UHGV virus genome: UHGV-0098755
DNA length: 64,000 nucleotides
Direction: 5' to 3' (one strand)
DNA from: a virus
Shown: in pieces, positions 39,384-49,275 of the stretch
Numbering within the stretch: position 1 is the first letter of the stretch
Layout: every line of letters begins with the position of its first letter
The notes under the pieces: generated by a model
What the model was told of the DNA's origin: nothing
What the model saw: only the letters and a program-made list of their open reading frames with translations
Databases searched by the model: none
Position numbers and translations under genes: made by a program

Positions 39384-39845
39384 TCATTGAGTTTTAATTA
39401 CTGCTTTAGAAGCCTTTCCTGGTAAACGACGACTGTTGATAATTGCCATCCTACATTGAAGTGACGGGTCTTTGAACTTCGCGTTAGGTTTACAAACTGT
39501 AAATCCAAGCCAAAGATTTCCATCTGTGATTTCTAAACGTCCAGGACGATATTCAACCCCATCAATAAAATCCTCGTCAATGTCAGGACGCGGAGGCATA
39601 CTAAGGAATTCATTAACTTCTAAAACATGGTCTTTTATTTTATGGAATAATTCAAAAACATATGTCTCGTCAATCTCCCGTTGAATTGCACGATCAAGAA
39701 GATGCTGAGAATATTTTAGATGAAACGATGAGACCCCTGCTGCTTTTGATGCCTCACGAATCTCATTGTTAATTTGACGAAACTCCGACTCAAAGTGACG
39801 ACGAAGCTTATTTCGACGGATAAAAACTTCTGTATTGATAGTCAT
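39384..39845 (-). CDS. regB: Sequence-specific mRNA endoribonuclease RegB
   Basis: 153-aa ORF matching T4 RegB as recalled; own early promoter upstream. Confidence 0.9.
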   Translation of the reverse strand: MTINTEVFIRRNKLRRHFESEFRQINNEIREASKAAGVSSFHLKYSQHLLDRAIQREIDETYVFELFHKIKDHVLEVNEFLSMPPRPDIDEDFIDGVEYRPGRLEITDGNLWLGFTVCKPNAKFKDPSLQCRMAIINSRRLPGKASKAVIKTQ

Positions 39846-39867
39846 GTTATTCTCCTCTTAACTGATA

Positions 39868-39905
39868 GAAAAATTATACCACAGTCAAGAGGAAAAGTAA
39901 ACAGT
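39868..39905 (-). promoter_or_regulatory. T4-type early promoter upstream of regB
   Basis: GTTTAC (39897-39902), TGTGGTATAATTT -10 region. Confidence 0.7.
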
Positions 39906-40225
39906 TATTCTTTAAATCTAATCAATTTATTCATAGACTTTGAAACTTCTGCACGAACCTCATGTAGATTTTTGAGCTGTTCAAGACGCTGCTCATAGTA
40001 AGCAATTTCATCTTCTTCGAGACAGTCCTGTGAATCTTCTTTAAGATAACGTGCATAGTCCTGGAAAGCGTTACGAACTACTTCCTGGAAGTCATCAAGA
40101 CTTTGAATTTTCTTAGGAGCAACAGATACACGACGAGGGGCAGTATAATACTCATAACCAAACCCTGCGCTTAATTGAGCCATTAGTATTTTTCCTCTGG
40201 TTGGAACACAGCACGGCAAGCCCAC
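39905..40225 (-). CDS. Hypothetical protein (vs.3 slot)
   Basis: 106-aa ORF. Confidence 0.45.
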   Translation of the reverse strand: MGLPCCVPTRGKILMAQLSAGFGYEYYTAPRRVSVAPKKIQSLDDFQEVVRNAFQDYARYLKEDSQDCLEEDEIAYYEQRLEQLKNLHEVRAEVSKSMNKLIRFKE

Positions 40226-40485
40226 ATACTGGCTTCTTTGAGTTTCGTTTTAGCAATAGTTAACTGATCGAGGCTTTCGGCGTAATTCTTCGCGAGTTCA
40301 TCATCTTCACAGCTATCAAATGCTTCCCAAAATTCATCGTATAAAGCATCAAAGATAAGTCCTAAACGAACTTCAGCGTCTTTAATAGCATTTACTTTAC
40401 CGATTTTTTCGTCGGTATGTGGCTTATAACCTTTAATATCTTCAATCATATTTGACTTCCTCACCAGTACATAAATCGTATTCAA
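40183..40485 (-). CDS. Hypothetical protein (vs.4 slot; candidate Acb2-type position)
   Basis: 100-aa ORF; positional inference only. Confidence 0.4.
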   Translation of the reverse strand: MNTIYVLVRKSNMIEDIKGYKPHTDEKIGKVNAIKDAEVRLGLIFDALYDEFWEAFDSCEDDELAKNYAESLDQLTIAKTKLKEASMWACRAVFQPEEKY

Positions 40486-40663
40486 CTAAACGAATAGGTT
40501 CATGAATGCCATATCCTTGAACAGAAATTTCTGTCGTAGGATAAATTCCATTAATATCACCCATGTTCCATGCTTCGTTAAATTGCTGTTCGCCTGAATT
40601 ACTAAACCATTCGGCGAAAGCATTTAGCACATCTTCAGAACCTTCAATAATTATCTTTGCCAT
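40442..40663 (-). CDS. Hypothetical protein (vs.5 slot)
   Basis: 73-aa ORF. Confidence 0.4.
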   Translation of the reverse strand: MAKIIIEGSEDVLNAFAEWFSNSGEQQFNEAWNMGDINGIYPTTEISVQGYGIHEPIRLVEYDLCTGEEVKYD

Positions 40664-41025
40664 TACAAACTCTCGGTAAAGGTACGAGCGATAACGTCGC
40701 GCTGCTGTTCCGGAGTCAGAGAGTTAAAGCGAACTGCATAACCGGATACACGGATGGTCAGCTGCGGATATTTTTCCGGATGCTTAACTGCATCTTCCAG
40801 AGTTTCGCGACGCAGAACGTTAACGTTCAGGTGTTGACCACCTTCAATTTTAACTGTAGGTTGTGTTTCAATTTCAATTTCACGGGCATGCAAACCATAG
40901 AAAATTTCTGGGTCTACAAAAGAGTCCTCTTTAAAGGTTTTAGAAACGATAATTCGTGCTTGAATACCATCTTCAAAATAAATAGTACCTTTATGTGTGC
41001 CTTCAAGAATTTGATATGCTTTCAT
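40663..41025 (-). CDS. Autonomous glycyl-radical cofactor (GrcA/YfiD-like)
   Basis: 120-aa ORF; C-terminal half almost identical to E. coli GrcA as recalled, including glycyl-radical motif [13 protein letters not shown]. Confidence 0.9.
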   Translation of the reverse strand: MKAYQILEGTHKGTIYFEDGIQARIIVSKTFKEDSFVDPEIFYGLHAREIEIETQPTVKIEGGQHLNVNVLRRETLEDAVKHPEKYPQLTIRVSGYAVRFNSLTPEQQRDVIARTFTESL

Positions 41026-41032
41026 ATAAACC

Positions 41033-41362
41033 TCAATTAGAAAATAAATTTATCCAAGATTGTTCTTTAATTAAAAATGGCTCAGAATCATATGCCATTA
41101 AACTTTGGGTGATTAGTCCTTTAAAAGGCCCATCAATAAATTCCATGGTAAAATATGGAATTTTATTCATTAGCCGTGCATTAGGAGCAGTGCACAAAAC
41201 TCTGCATCCTTTGAATACGCCTTTTTGTAATTTGTATTGCTTAGGATAAAATTCGCTCAAAATGTTATTTTTTGCCAAAATTTCAAAATGATTCACCAAT
41301 TTATTTTTAATAGTTTTTGGTGAAAAATAAAGATATTCGAAAAGCTGAGTGTCTGTCATCAT
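41033..41362 (-). CDS. Hypothetical protein translationally coupled to upstream P-loop gene
   Basis: ORF 41033..41413; likely start at ATG 41360-41362 overlapping upstream TGA (ATGA). Confidence 0.45.
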   Translation of the reverse strand: MMTDTQLFEYLYFSPKTIKNKLVNHFEILAKNNILSEFYPKQYKLQKGVFKGCRVLCTAPNARLMNKIPYFTMEFIDGPFKGLITQSLMAYDSEPFLIKEQSWINLFSN

Positions 41363-41946
41363 TGCATTCCGATTACGAAAAACTGTGGACGAGTAATACC
41401 ACCAATGCAACATTTAATATTACAGCAGCAGTGTACAGTGTCAATATGGACACTATAAATCTTATCCATATCAGGAGATTTGACAGGCTCATCAATTATA
41501 TATAAAATTCGCGAAAGCTTTAAACCTCTGAACTTGCTTCCTTTATTACCGATAAAACTGCGCACAGAATCAGTAAATAAACGAAAACGTATATCATCAT
41601 TAGAATAACGCGAAAATTCCTTTTTGATGCTATTTGCAGAAATTTTAGCGTAAGCTGAAGTATTAGAAAGAACAATAACTGTTCCACCGTCATACAACCA
41701 ATTAGCGGCAAAATTAGTTACTGCAGTTGATTTACCGGATTGACGTCCACCATCTAGTCGAAGTGTGCAATACTGTTTGAGTAAGTCTTCAAATGGTGGG
41801 ATATAATCGTTTTTACAAATTTCTTCTACTCTAGCATCAGAATGGTGTGTAAAAGCATTCATCAGGGATAGATAAGGACCAGTTAAAAATGTTCTCATTT
41901 TGTTATCTCTAAATTTGGGCCATTCCGTGGCGCGTGAATTGTCCAT
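41359..41946 (-). CDS. P-loop NTPase with cysteine-rich N-terminal segment
   Basis: 195-aa ORF; Walker A GGRQSGKST, Walker B ILYIIDEP; cysteine cluster HCCCNIKCC near the N-terminus. Confidence 0.5.
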   Translation of the reverse strand: MDNSRATEWPKFRDNKMRTFLTGPYLSLMNAFTHHSDARVEEICKNDYIPPFEDLLKQYCTLRLDGGRQSGKSTAVTNFAANWLYDGGTVIVLSNTSAYAKISANSIKKEFSRYSNDDIRFRLFTDSVRSFIGNKGSKFRGLKLSRILYIIDEPVKSPDMDKIYSVHIDTVHCCCNIKCCIGGITRPQFFVIGMQ

Positions 41947-42049
41947 TTCTGTATTTACCCATTACCGCACTTGGGCTCGACCTTATTACAGGTTGGCGGG
42001 AATCCCTCACAGAATCATGAGGTCCAGCTTGTTCCCATGTTATTTGAAT

Positions 42050-42073
42050 GTAAATAGGCCTAAGTATAGGCCT
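42050..42073 (-). terminator. Hairpin after ipIII
   Basis: AGGCCUA...UAGGCCU inverted repeat right after the stop codon. Confidence 0.5.
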
Positions 42074-42075
42074 TA

Positions 42076-42654
42076 TTAATTACCACGGGCTGCATTAGCA
42101 ACGGCATAAGCGTACTGAACATTAGCGTCCTTAAACGTACCTTTAGAGGTATCTATTTCTGCCTTAAAGCCGCCTTTAGCCATAACATCGGCAAATTCTT
42201 TACGGAAAGCCATTGCATCAAGACCTTTCCATGATGATTTGTGCTTAGCGAATTCAAGACCAGCGTAGTTGACAGCCTTAGCTAATTTATTATCAATGAC
42301 CCATTTACCGGCTTTAGGCACAAACTTCGGGCCTTTTTGTTTAGAGAACAGTTTTAAATTCCAGCGACGAAGGTCACTGTCGGCTTTAACAAAAGCTGCG
42401 TCTAAGTTACTAGCAACAACATCTTCAATATGAGCAAATTTAAGTCCGTCAACTTCAATATTTAGATCGTTACGCCAGCGAAGTCCTTCCCAAGCGAAGG
42501 CTTTAAAGTCGGAAGCCTTTGTAGCTAAGTACCGTTCAATAGGAGCTGTTTTAGGGTCAAAGCCGTTTCCCGATCGGTAGGTCCACTCATCTTTATTAAT
42601 GCCTTTGGCCTTTACTATAGAAGCTTCGGCAATAAATTCTTGATAGGTTTTCAT
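42076..42654 (-). CDS. ipIII: Internal protein III (capsid-targeted)
   Basis: 192-aa basic ORF beginning MKTYQEFIAEA (capsid targeting sequence); length close to T4 IPIII. Confidence 0.8.
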   Translation of the reverse strand: MKTYQEFIAEASIVKAKGINKDEWTYRSGNGFDPKTAPIERYLATKASDFKAFAWEGLRWRNDLNIEVDGLKFAHIEDVVASNLDAAFVKADSDLRRWNLKLFSKQKGPKFVPKAGKWVIDNKLAKAVNYAGLEFAKHKSSWKGLDAMAFRKEFADVMAKGGFKAEIDTSKGTFKDANVQYAYAVANAARGN

Positions 42655-42677
42655 GTGTTTCCTTGTTTGTTTTGATA

Positions 42678-42716
42678 GAGTAATTATACCATATTAATAC
42701 TTAAGCGTAAACCGTT
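42678..42716 (-). promoter_or_regulatory. T4-type early promoter upstream of ipIII
   Basis: GTTTAC (42707-42712), TGGTATAATTAC. Confidence 0.7.
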
Positions 42717-42976
42717 TAAGCTTTACCGCCAGAAATAATTCCGAAGTTGTTAAAATCATATCCAATATCGTCAACATCTACTTTAGGACTTGCTACAACA
42801 TAAGCAATTTCACTACGTTTTGCACAGGTGTTGATTTCTTTACCATCGCCACCTAAGAAAGAATACCCATTACGTTTTAATGAGCCAAAGTCTTCCGCAT
42901 CACCAATGAAAGCTTTAACTTTAAATTTAGAACCTTTGGCATCTGCTTCAACGATAAATTCTTGATACATTTTCAT
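42716..42976 (-). CDS. Internal-protein-like small protein with capsid targeting sequence
   Basis: 86-aa ORF beginning MKMYQEFIVEA; own early promoter upstream. Confidence 0.65.
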   Translation of the reverse strand: MKMYQEFIVEADAKGSKFKVKAFIGDAEDFGSLKRNGYSFLGGDGKEINTCAKRSEIAYVVASPKVDVDDIGYDFNNFGIISGGKA

Positions 42977-43107
42977 TTTTCCTTAGTAAATTGATTTACC
43001 AAAGTATTTGTACCAAGTCGGACGTTGATCAATTTTTTCATCTAAGCGTGCTTGATTTATCGCAATGGACGCTTCGGACGGGTCATAATTTCCTCCAAGT
43101 AGTTGAT

Positions 43108-43145
43108 GAATATATAGTATCAAAACCCTTGGAGGAAGTAAACAA

Positions 43146-43146
<1 letters not shown>
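43108..43146 (-). promoter_or_regulatory. T4-type early promoter inside the denV remnant
   Basis: GTTTAC (43138-43143), 17 nt, GATACTATATATTC. Confidence 0.65.
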
Positions 43147-44386
<1,240 letters not shown>

Positions 44387-44405
<19 letters not shown>

Positions 44406-44875
44406 TCAGTGATAAAGCTATTTAAATTTTGAGCATATTTCTTTTCATCATAAATCTTTTGCTGTCTGCGTAAACGCCATGGCATTTCAATGAACATACG
44501 CCATGTTCCTGATAATACTGCTGCTGTAAAAATATTAACAAGTATAGTTAAAAGAACCCAATCTCCTATTCTGTCCATTGGATTTTTTATAAAAAAGTAA
44601 AATACTAACGATGATATAGGAAGACTAATGATATACCACAGAAGAACCTTCTTATCTGTGAACCAATCAGCATTCGTTAACTTAGCGCGACCATTTTGAA
44701 TACACACGAATTTATCATCTGTTACCGTAAATGGCTTAGCTGCTTGATATCCCATTCTAAACTCCCTAATCAGCAAATTTTTCATATCTTCGGAACAGCC
44801 ATTCCAGTCAACTCTATCAACTGAAATGCCATCGTCCCCATCATCTAAATCATACCAGCGAGTTTTTAAAATCAT
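44387..44875 (-). CDS. Membrane protein (paralog trio member)
   Basis: 162-aa ORF; hydrophobic helices; C-terminal tail ending ...FITECRKLK. Confidence 0.5.
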
Positions 44876-45234
44876 TTAATTTTCCTACAATCACTCACAA
44901 ACTCTTCCATTGATTCATTTTCAATATAAGACATGTAGTTATTATATTCTTTTAATTGTATTTTGTAATCCTTTTTTCTTTGCCAATTTATTTTAAAATT
45001 ATCATAATGAAAATATAGCATGGTACCAAAGAATGAAAATAATGTAATCGCTATAGTAAAACGAAGTTCACTCCAAACCTCTGTTATAATTGCTGAACCA
45101 TCGATGTTTAAAATAATACAGTCAATTAACAATCCAATAAGACTACCAGCAAGAGCTGCAAATACTGACACGGCAAGAATTAATAGTGCCTCGGGAAACG
45201 AATATTTGACTTTATTTAGTTTTGGCTTTTGCAT
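44872..45234 (-). CDS. Membrane protein (paralog trio member)
   Basis: 120-aa ORF; two hydrophobic helices; tail ending ...EFVSDCRKIK. Confidence 0.5.
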   Translation of the reverse strand: MQKPKLNKVKYSFPEALLILAVSVFAALAGSLIGLLIDCIILNIDGSAIITEVWSELRFTIAITLFSFFGTMLYFHYDNFKINWQRKKDYKIQLKEYNNYMSYIENESMEEFVSDCRKIK

Positions 45235-45629
45235 CGTGATTCCTTAACAAATTTCATAATTTCATTAAATTCATACTCAGCAAGTTTAAGCTGGTGTTCC
45301 TTTTTAATCTTTTTACACTGTGCTTTCCAATCACGTACACGTTTACGATAATGTCTTCCTTGATACCAATATCCTATCCAATTTACAGGTACTAATAAAA
45401 GTGGAACTATTAATGGAAGAATTAGCATTAACACAAGTATTTCGCCAGAATCAATATCAGTCATAACATCTAAAACACCTCCAATAATCAATAGAATTAC
45501 AAATGATATGAGTATAACAGGACCTATTAATACATCAGTAGGAATTAGCTGGCGTTTTAATTCATACTTCAAAGGTTTACTTGGAAGGTATAGTGATGGC
45601 TTTGACATATTCTCTACATTCCTTAACAA
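45216..45629 (-). CDS. Membrane protein (paralog trio member)
   Basis: 137-aa ORF; hydrophobic helices; tail ...FVKESRCKSQN. Confidence 0.5.
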   Translation of the reverse strand: MLRNVENMSKPSLYLPSKPLKYELKRQLIPTDVLIGPVILISFVILLIIGGVLDVMTDIDSGEILVLMLILPLIVPLLLVPVNWIGYWYQGRHYRKRVRDWKAQCKKIKKEHQLKLAEYEFNEIMKFVKESRCKSQN

Positions 45630-46185
45630 ATTTTTCTAGTAATAAATCACTTTCAAAATTAGGATTTTCCACTAATTTATCAAAAAGATCATCAACAATA
45701 TTCAAGATATTTCTTTTACTAAGAATACGTTTATTTTCATGCTTCGTTTCAGAATCAACTATAAGAGTAAAGAAATATTTCTTTCCCTGAAATTTTACTG
45801 TAGTATCAATATAGAATAAATTTGACTTTTGTAAGTTACGTTTAAACCATGCGTCACTTAAACTATAAACGCCGAGATAATCAAAATCGTCGTTTAAATA
45901 ACATACTGTCCATTCAGGAGAAATGAAATCAGTAAATTCAACATCAAAATCACACGTCAATGAATGAATTGATTCAATACTGTTAATAAGTATTCCAGGA
46001 CGTATTAAAGACTTTTTACCTCTAGAAAATCTTCCAGAAAGACTTTCATCAGTTTCATATGAAGACCCCCAATAGTAATTACGTCCTTCTGCCATACGTT
46101 TAAGAGCATTTAATAATTGGTCTGGAACATCAACTTGTCTTTGGAATTCTTCAAACATTGAATTGAAATCACTTTGCATTTTCAT
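45577..46185 (-). CDS. Hypothetical protein
   Basis: 202-aa ORF. Confidence 0.5.
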   Translation of the reverse strand: MKMQSDFNSMFEEFQRQVDVPDQLLNALKRMAEGRNYYWGSSYETDESLSGRFSRGKKSLIRPGILINSIESIHSLTCDFDVEFTDFISPEWTVCYLNDDFDYLGVYSLSDAWFKRNLQKSNLFYIDTTVKFQGKKYFFTLIVDSETKHENKRILSKRNILNIVDDLFDKLVENPNFESDLLLEKFVKECREYVKAITIPSK

Positions 46186-46206
46186 TCCTATTTACTCCAA
46201 GTAATA

Positions 46207-46220
46207 GGGGCCGAAGCCCC
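46207..46220 (-). terminator. C(UUCG)G hairpin
   Basis: GGGGC-UUCG-GCCCC. Confidence 0.55.
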
Positions 46221-46226
46221 TTATCA

Positions 46227-46820
46227 TTATTTCAGAGAATTAATATATTCCTGAACATCGGCAGAGGTAGTTTCAACCCCAGAAATATTACCGTTAAAGG
46301 TTTCAACTCGAGCGAGAGTGTCTTCAATATCAACCTTAGTCAGCGCTGCAATTTCAACTACATCATCAGCAGTACTAATTCCAAGTGCATTCGCTGCACG
46401 AGTTTCACGGATATATTCCAATTTAACTGCAAGTTCTTGGCGAGCATCATCCAATTCAACTACTTTCTTGGCGATTTCAATTCGCATTTCAGCATAACCA
46501 TCAGCTTTAGTAGTCAACTGTTCAGCTGTTCGACGATATAGCAAACCGAGTTTAGCATGCATTGTTACATCTTGACCCTCGGAAAGAAGCTTGCGAATTT
46601 CACGCTCTTTTGATTCGGCCTGCTTATTCTTTTCAATAACAAGTTCACGAATACGTTTTTCTTCATTAATAGATTTAACAGAAGCAGTTTTTAGATCTTT
46701 AATTTTATCAAGTAGTTTTGCTGCTGCAGCAGTATACTGTTCTTCAACAGATAGATTTTTAGCCATAGCAGAACCAAGTTTAGTGCGAATAAACTCAACA
46801 ATTTTCTTCAGCATGTTCAT
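46227..46820 (-). CDS. Coiled-coil protein (possible PspA/IM30-like)
   Basis: 197-aa largely helical ORF with amphipathic N-terminus; family assignment tentative. Confidence 0.45.
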   Translation of the reverse strand: MNMLKKIVEFIRTKLGSAMAKNLSVEEQYTAAAAKLLDKIKDLKTASVKSINEEKRIRELVIEKNKQAESKEREIRKLLSEGQDVTMHAKLGLLYRRTAEQLTTKADGYAEMRIEIAKKVVELDDARQELAVKLEYIRETRAANALGISTADDVVEIAALTKVDIEDTLARVETFNGNISGVETTSADVQEYINSLK

Positions 46821-47044
46821 AGCATTTCCTTTAGTTAATTAAGGGTTTTATAATCCATGGGAGTATTATACTCCGGATAGTTTGTAAACTATTTCAACAT
46901 CGCCTTTTGCTGCTTTATAACCTTCAGCCCAAGATACAACCGAGTTTTTATCCGAAGATTCAAATTCTGGCATTGGGCTTTCGCCAATGTTCACGCAGTA
47001 TGTTTCTTCATTTTCGTCAAACCAAATAATTAAAGTAGTCATTT

Positions 47045-47100
47045 ATTTCTCTGTTTCTGTATTTGTTTTGATAAGTCTATAATAACACCGTCCTTGGTGT
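47045..47100 (-). promoter_or_regulatory. Early-promoter-like element (variant -35)
   Basis: Minus strand GTGTACAAACACC...TATTATAGAC; upstream of an unlisted 58-codon ORF (46868-47044). Confidence 0.4.
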
Positions 47101-47110
47101 TTGTACACAA

Positions 47111-47371
47111 TTATTTCATATTATTGAAATATTCTTCAGCGATTTCGTCGTTATCATGGTAAACTTTAGAAGACAGTTTAACATAACTTTCAGCAGTGAA
47201 CATGTTAATCACAACCTTTACAGTATACCACTGACCATCTTCATTACCCATTACTGCATAGGTTTCAAACATCGGATGGTCAGGACCGATAACTTTAATA
47301 TCATTCACTGTACGACCGAAATCTTCTGAAACACATTTCATAAAGAAGTTGAACAGTTCGCCGTAATTATC
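47111..47371 (-). CDS. Small hypothetical protein
   Basis: ORF 47111..47437; upstream codons are a translated promoter; likely start MDNYGELF at 47369-47371 with GGAG. Confidence 0.45.
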   Translation of the reverse strand, partial: DNYGELFNFFMKCVSEDFGRTVNDIKVIGPDHPMFETYAVMGNEDGQWYTVKVVINMFTAESYVKLSSKVYHDNDEIAEEYFNNMK

Positions 47372-47397
47372 CATTTCGTTCTCCAAGTTGTTTTCTG

Positions 47398-47455
47398 TAT
47401 CAGTAGTTGATAGTTGTATAGTACCATGGAATGACAAGGGTGTAAACAGTTTTGT
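47398..47455 (-). promoter_or_regulatory. T4-type early promoter
   Basis: GTTTACACCCTTGTCATTCCATGGTACTATACAAC with conserved upstream block. Confidence 0.7.
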
Positions 47456-47576
47456 GAAAAAATTTTTAAAAAGTTTTAGGGAATTCTAGGGCAAAGAGGG
47501 GCAATTAAAGGATAGGATAATATATTAAAAGGGTAGAAACTAAATGATGCCTAGAGAGGTCCAGAAAGGCCTAGAT

Positions 47577-47607
47577 ACTAAAAAGCCCCAACCTTTCGGT
47601 CGGGGCT
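47577..47607 (-). terminator. Intrinsic terminator at the end of the tRNA/stable-RNA transcription unit
   Basis: GCCCCGACC-GAAA-GGUUGGGGC hairpin followed by UUUUU. Confidence 0.65.
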
Positions 47608-47619
47608 AAGCCTTGCGGC

Positions 47620-47915
47620 AACCTTGTCGGGGTTCCACCTGCTAAGGCAAGTGTTTGTACGAAACGCCGGGATTCGAACCCGGTTATTAAGTAGTTGACG
47701 CTACTCAATATTTTTAAAAGGCCATATCTCGACCATATCCGAACGTTCCGTCAAAAACGCTACTCGGCTTACGGCAAAGATATTTCCTCGAATCGATAAT
47801 TCTGTGCGCCGTTTCTGCTGTGATGTAAGGGGACATTAACAGATCGTAAAGATTTGTTAATGCCAGTCCTTACCCAGGGAACATCAGTCCGACGACTTAC
47901 CGGTAGCGACCCGGT
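47620..47915 (-). ncRNA. Candidate small stable RNA region (tRNA-like T-arm, no ORF)
   Basis: About 300 nt without ORFs next to the tRNA cluster; contains CCGGGTTCGAATCCCGG T-arm-like hairpin and other stems; ends at a terminator hairpin. Boundaries not defined. Confidence 0.35.
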
Positions 47916-47918
47916 TTC

Positions 47919-48269
47919 TTAGTATTCTTTTAAAGCATCAATCTGTTCACGGCGTTTACGCCATAAATCAATTGCCTCATACGCGGATTCAGCATTTCGA
48001 ATTGGTCGGCATTTATGTAAAGACTTGTGATTTTGATATTTTGTAGATAATGGAATTTTATCTAAAAGGTCTTTACGTTCAAAGTATTCGTAACCATCTA
48101 AACCAAATGAACGATTTTTGAGAAATTGCCAATGACCATATTCGTTTTGGATGTAAATATAATCCGCGTGTTGATAAAGCAAATTAGTTTCACGAGATGA
48201 GATATGGTTTTCATATTCATTGAAGTAAAATGTTAAATCATGAACTACTAAATAAACATTACCTTTCAT
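47919..48269 (-). CDS. Hypothetical protein between tRNA-Arg and the ORF-free RNA region
   Basis: 116-aa ORF. Confidence 0.4.
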   Translation of the reverse strand: MKGNVYLVVHDLTFYFNEYENHISSRETNLLYQHADYIYIQNEYGHWQFLKNRSFGLDGYEYFERKDLLDKIPLSTKYQNHKSLHKCRPIRNAESAYEAIDLWRKRREQIDALKEY

Positions 48270-48287
48270 ATTTTCCTCACTTATAAT

Positions 48288-48363
48288 TGGTCGAGGCAGT
48301 AGGGATCGAACCTACGACCCAGGACTTAGAAGGTCCTTGCTCTTCCTTCTGAGCTATGCCTCG
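48288..48363 (-). tRNA. tRNA-Arg (anticodon UCU), CCA encoded
   Basis: Hand-folded cloverleaf: acceptor CGAGGCA/UGCCUCG, anticodon loop CUUCUAA, T-arm GGUUCGAUCC. Confidence 0.85.
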
Positions 48364-48367
48364 TATT

Positions 48368-48442
48368 TGGCGGACGTGATAGGATTCGAACCTATAACCA
48401 ATCGCTTAACAGGCGATCGCTCTGCCATTGAGCTACACATCC
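48368..48442 (-). tRNA. tRNA-Asn (anticodon GUU), CCA encoded
   Basis: Acceptor GGAUGUG/CACGUCC, anticodon stem AUCGC/GCGAU, loop CUGUUAA, T-arm GGUUCGAAUCC. Confidence 0.8.
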
Positions 48443-48446
48443 AAAT

Positions 48447-48534
48447 TGGTGGGGAGTGATGGAGTCGAACCACCCGAGTCGCAATGACAATGGATTTACA
48501 GTCCACACCGCTACCTCTACGGGATAACTCCCCA
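48447..48534 (-). tRNA. tRNA-Tyr (anticodon GUA), type II with long variable arm, CCA encoded
   Basis: Acceptor GGGGAGU/ACUCCCC, anticodon loop CUGUAAA, long extra arm, T-arm GGUUCGACUCC. Confidence 0.8.
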
Positions 48535-48543
48535 AATTAATTT

Positions 48544-48617
48544 GGTGGCCCTGGGTGGAATTGAACCACCATCTGGCGATTATGAGTCGCTTGCTTGAAC
48601 CTTCCAGCTACAGGGCC
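48544..48617 (-). tRNA. tRNA with anticodon CAU (Ile-lysidine type or Met), CCA encoded
   Basis: Acceptor GGCCCUG/CAGGGCC, anticodon loop CUCAUAA; T4 tRNA-Ile is known to carry CAU. Confidence 0.75.
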
Positions 48618-48618
48618 T

Positions 48619-48694
48619 TGGTGCTGATTGACGGAATCGAACCGCCGACCTTCTCATTACAAGTGAGTTGCTCTACCTACTGAGCTAAATCAGC
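48619..48694 (-). tRNA. tRNA-Thr (anticodon UGU), CCA encoded
   Basis: Acceptor GCUGAUU/AAUCAGC, anticodon loop CUUGUAA, T-arm GGUUCGAUUCC. Confidence 0.8.
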
Positions 48695-48699
48695 AAAAC

Positions 48700-48789
48700 T
48701 GGCGGAGGCGATAGGATTTGAACCTATGAGTCGCCGGAGCGACTGCCGGTTTTCAAGACCGGTGCATTAAACCACTCTGCCACGCCTCC
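48700..48789 (-). tRNA. tRNA-Ser (anticodon UGA), type II, CCA encoded
   Basis: Acceptor GGAGGCG/CGCCUCC, anticodon stem CCGGU/ACCGG, loop CUUGAAA, long variable arm. Confidence 0.85.
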
Positions 48790-48791
48790 AG

Positions 48792-48865
48792 TCTCCATAC
48801 AAGGATTTGAACCTTGGACCTCCTGATCCCAAATCAGGCGCTCTACCAAACTGAGCTACACGGAG
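48792..48865 (-). tRNA. tRNA-Pro (anticodon UGG), CCA not encoded; 2 nt from tRNA-Ser (dimeric precursor arrangement)
   Basis: Acceptor CUCCGUG/UAUGGAG, anticodon stem CCUGA/UCAGG, loop UUUGGGA. Confidence 0.8.
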
Positions 48866-48875
48866 TAAATTAAAT

Positions 48876-48949
<74 letters not shown>

Positions 48950-48954
48950 AAATT

Positions 48955-49041
48955 TGGTGCGAGAAGTGGGACTCGAACCCACAAGGAAATCATTCCGCAG
49001 CATTTTAAGTGCTGTGCCTTTACCAATTTGACCATTCTCGC
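48955..49041 (-). tRNA. tRNA-Leu (anticodon UAA), type II, CCA encoded
   Basis: Acceptor GCGAGAA/UUCUCGC, anticodon stem CAGCA/UGCUG, loop CUUAAAA, long variable arm. Confidence 0.85.
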
Positions 49042-49042
49042 G

Positions 49043-49115
49043 CTGGGAATAAAGGACTCGAACCTTTGCATCTAGCAGTCAAAGTGCTATGCCTTACCAA
49101 CTTGGCTAATTCCCA
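49043..49115 (-). tRNA. tRNA-Gln (anticodon UUG), CCA not encoded; 1 nt from tRNA-Leu
   Basis: Acceptor UGGGAAU/AUUCCCA (U1-A72), anticodon stem UAGCA/UGCUA, loop CUUUGAC. Confidence 0.85.
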
Positions 49116-49275
49116 ATTATTAACAAAGGCTCTTAAGCAAGAACCCTTGATGATAGAGGGTATTAATCAGTGCGATATGAGTTAATAATAACAAATAATT
49201 CTTAAAGCAAATTAAACATTTTAACGGTCGGCAAAACAATTTCTTCTTCTATATAAGAGTATTTAACACTCTCAA

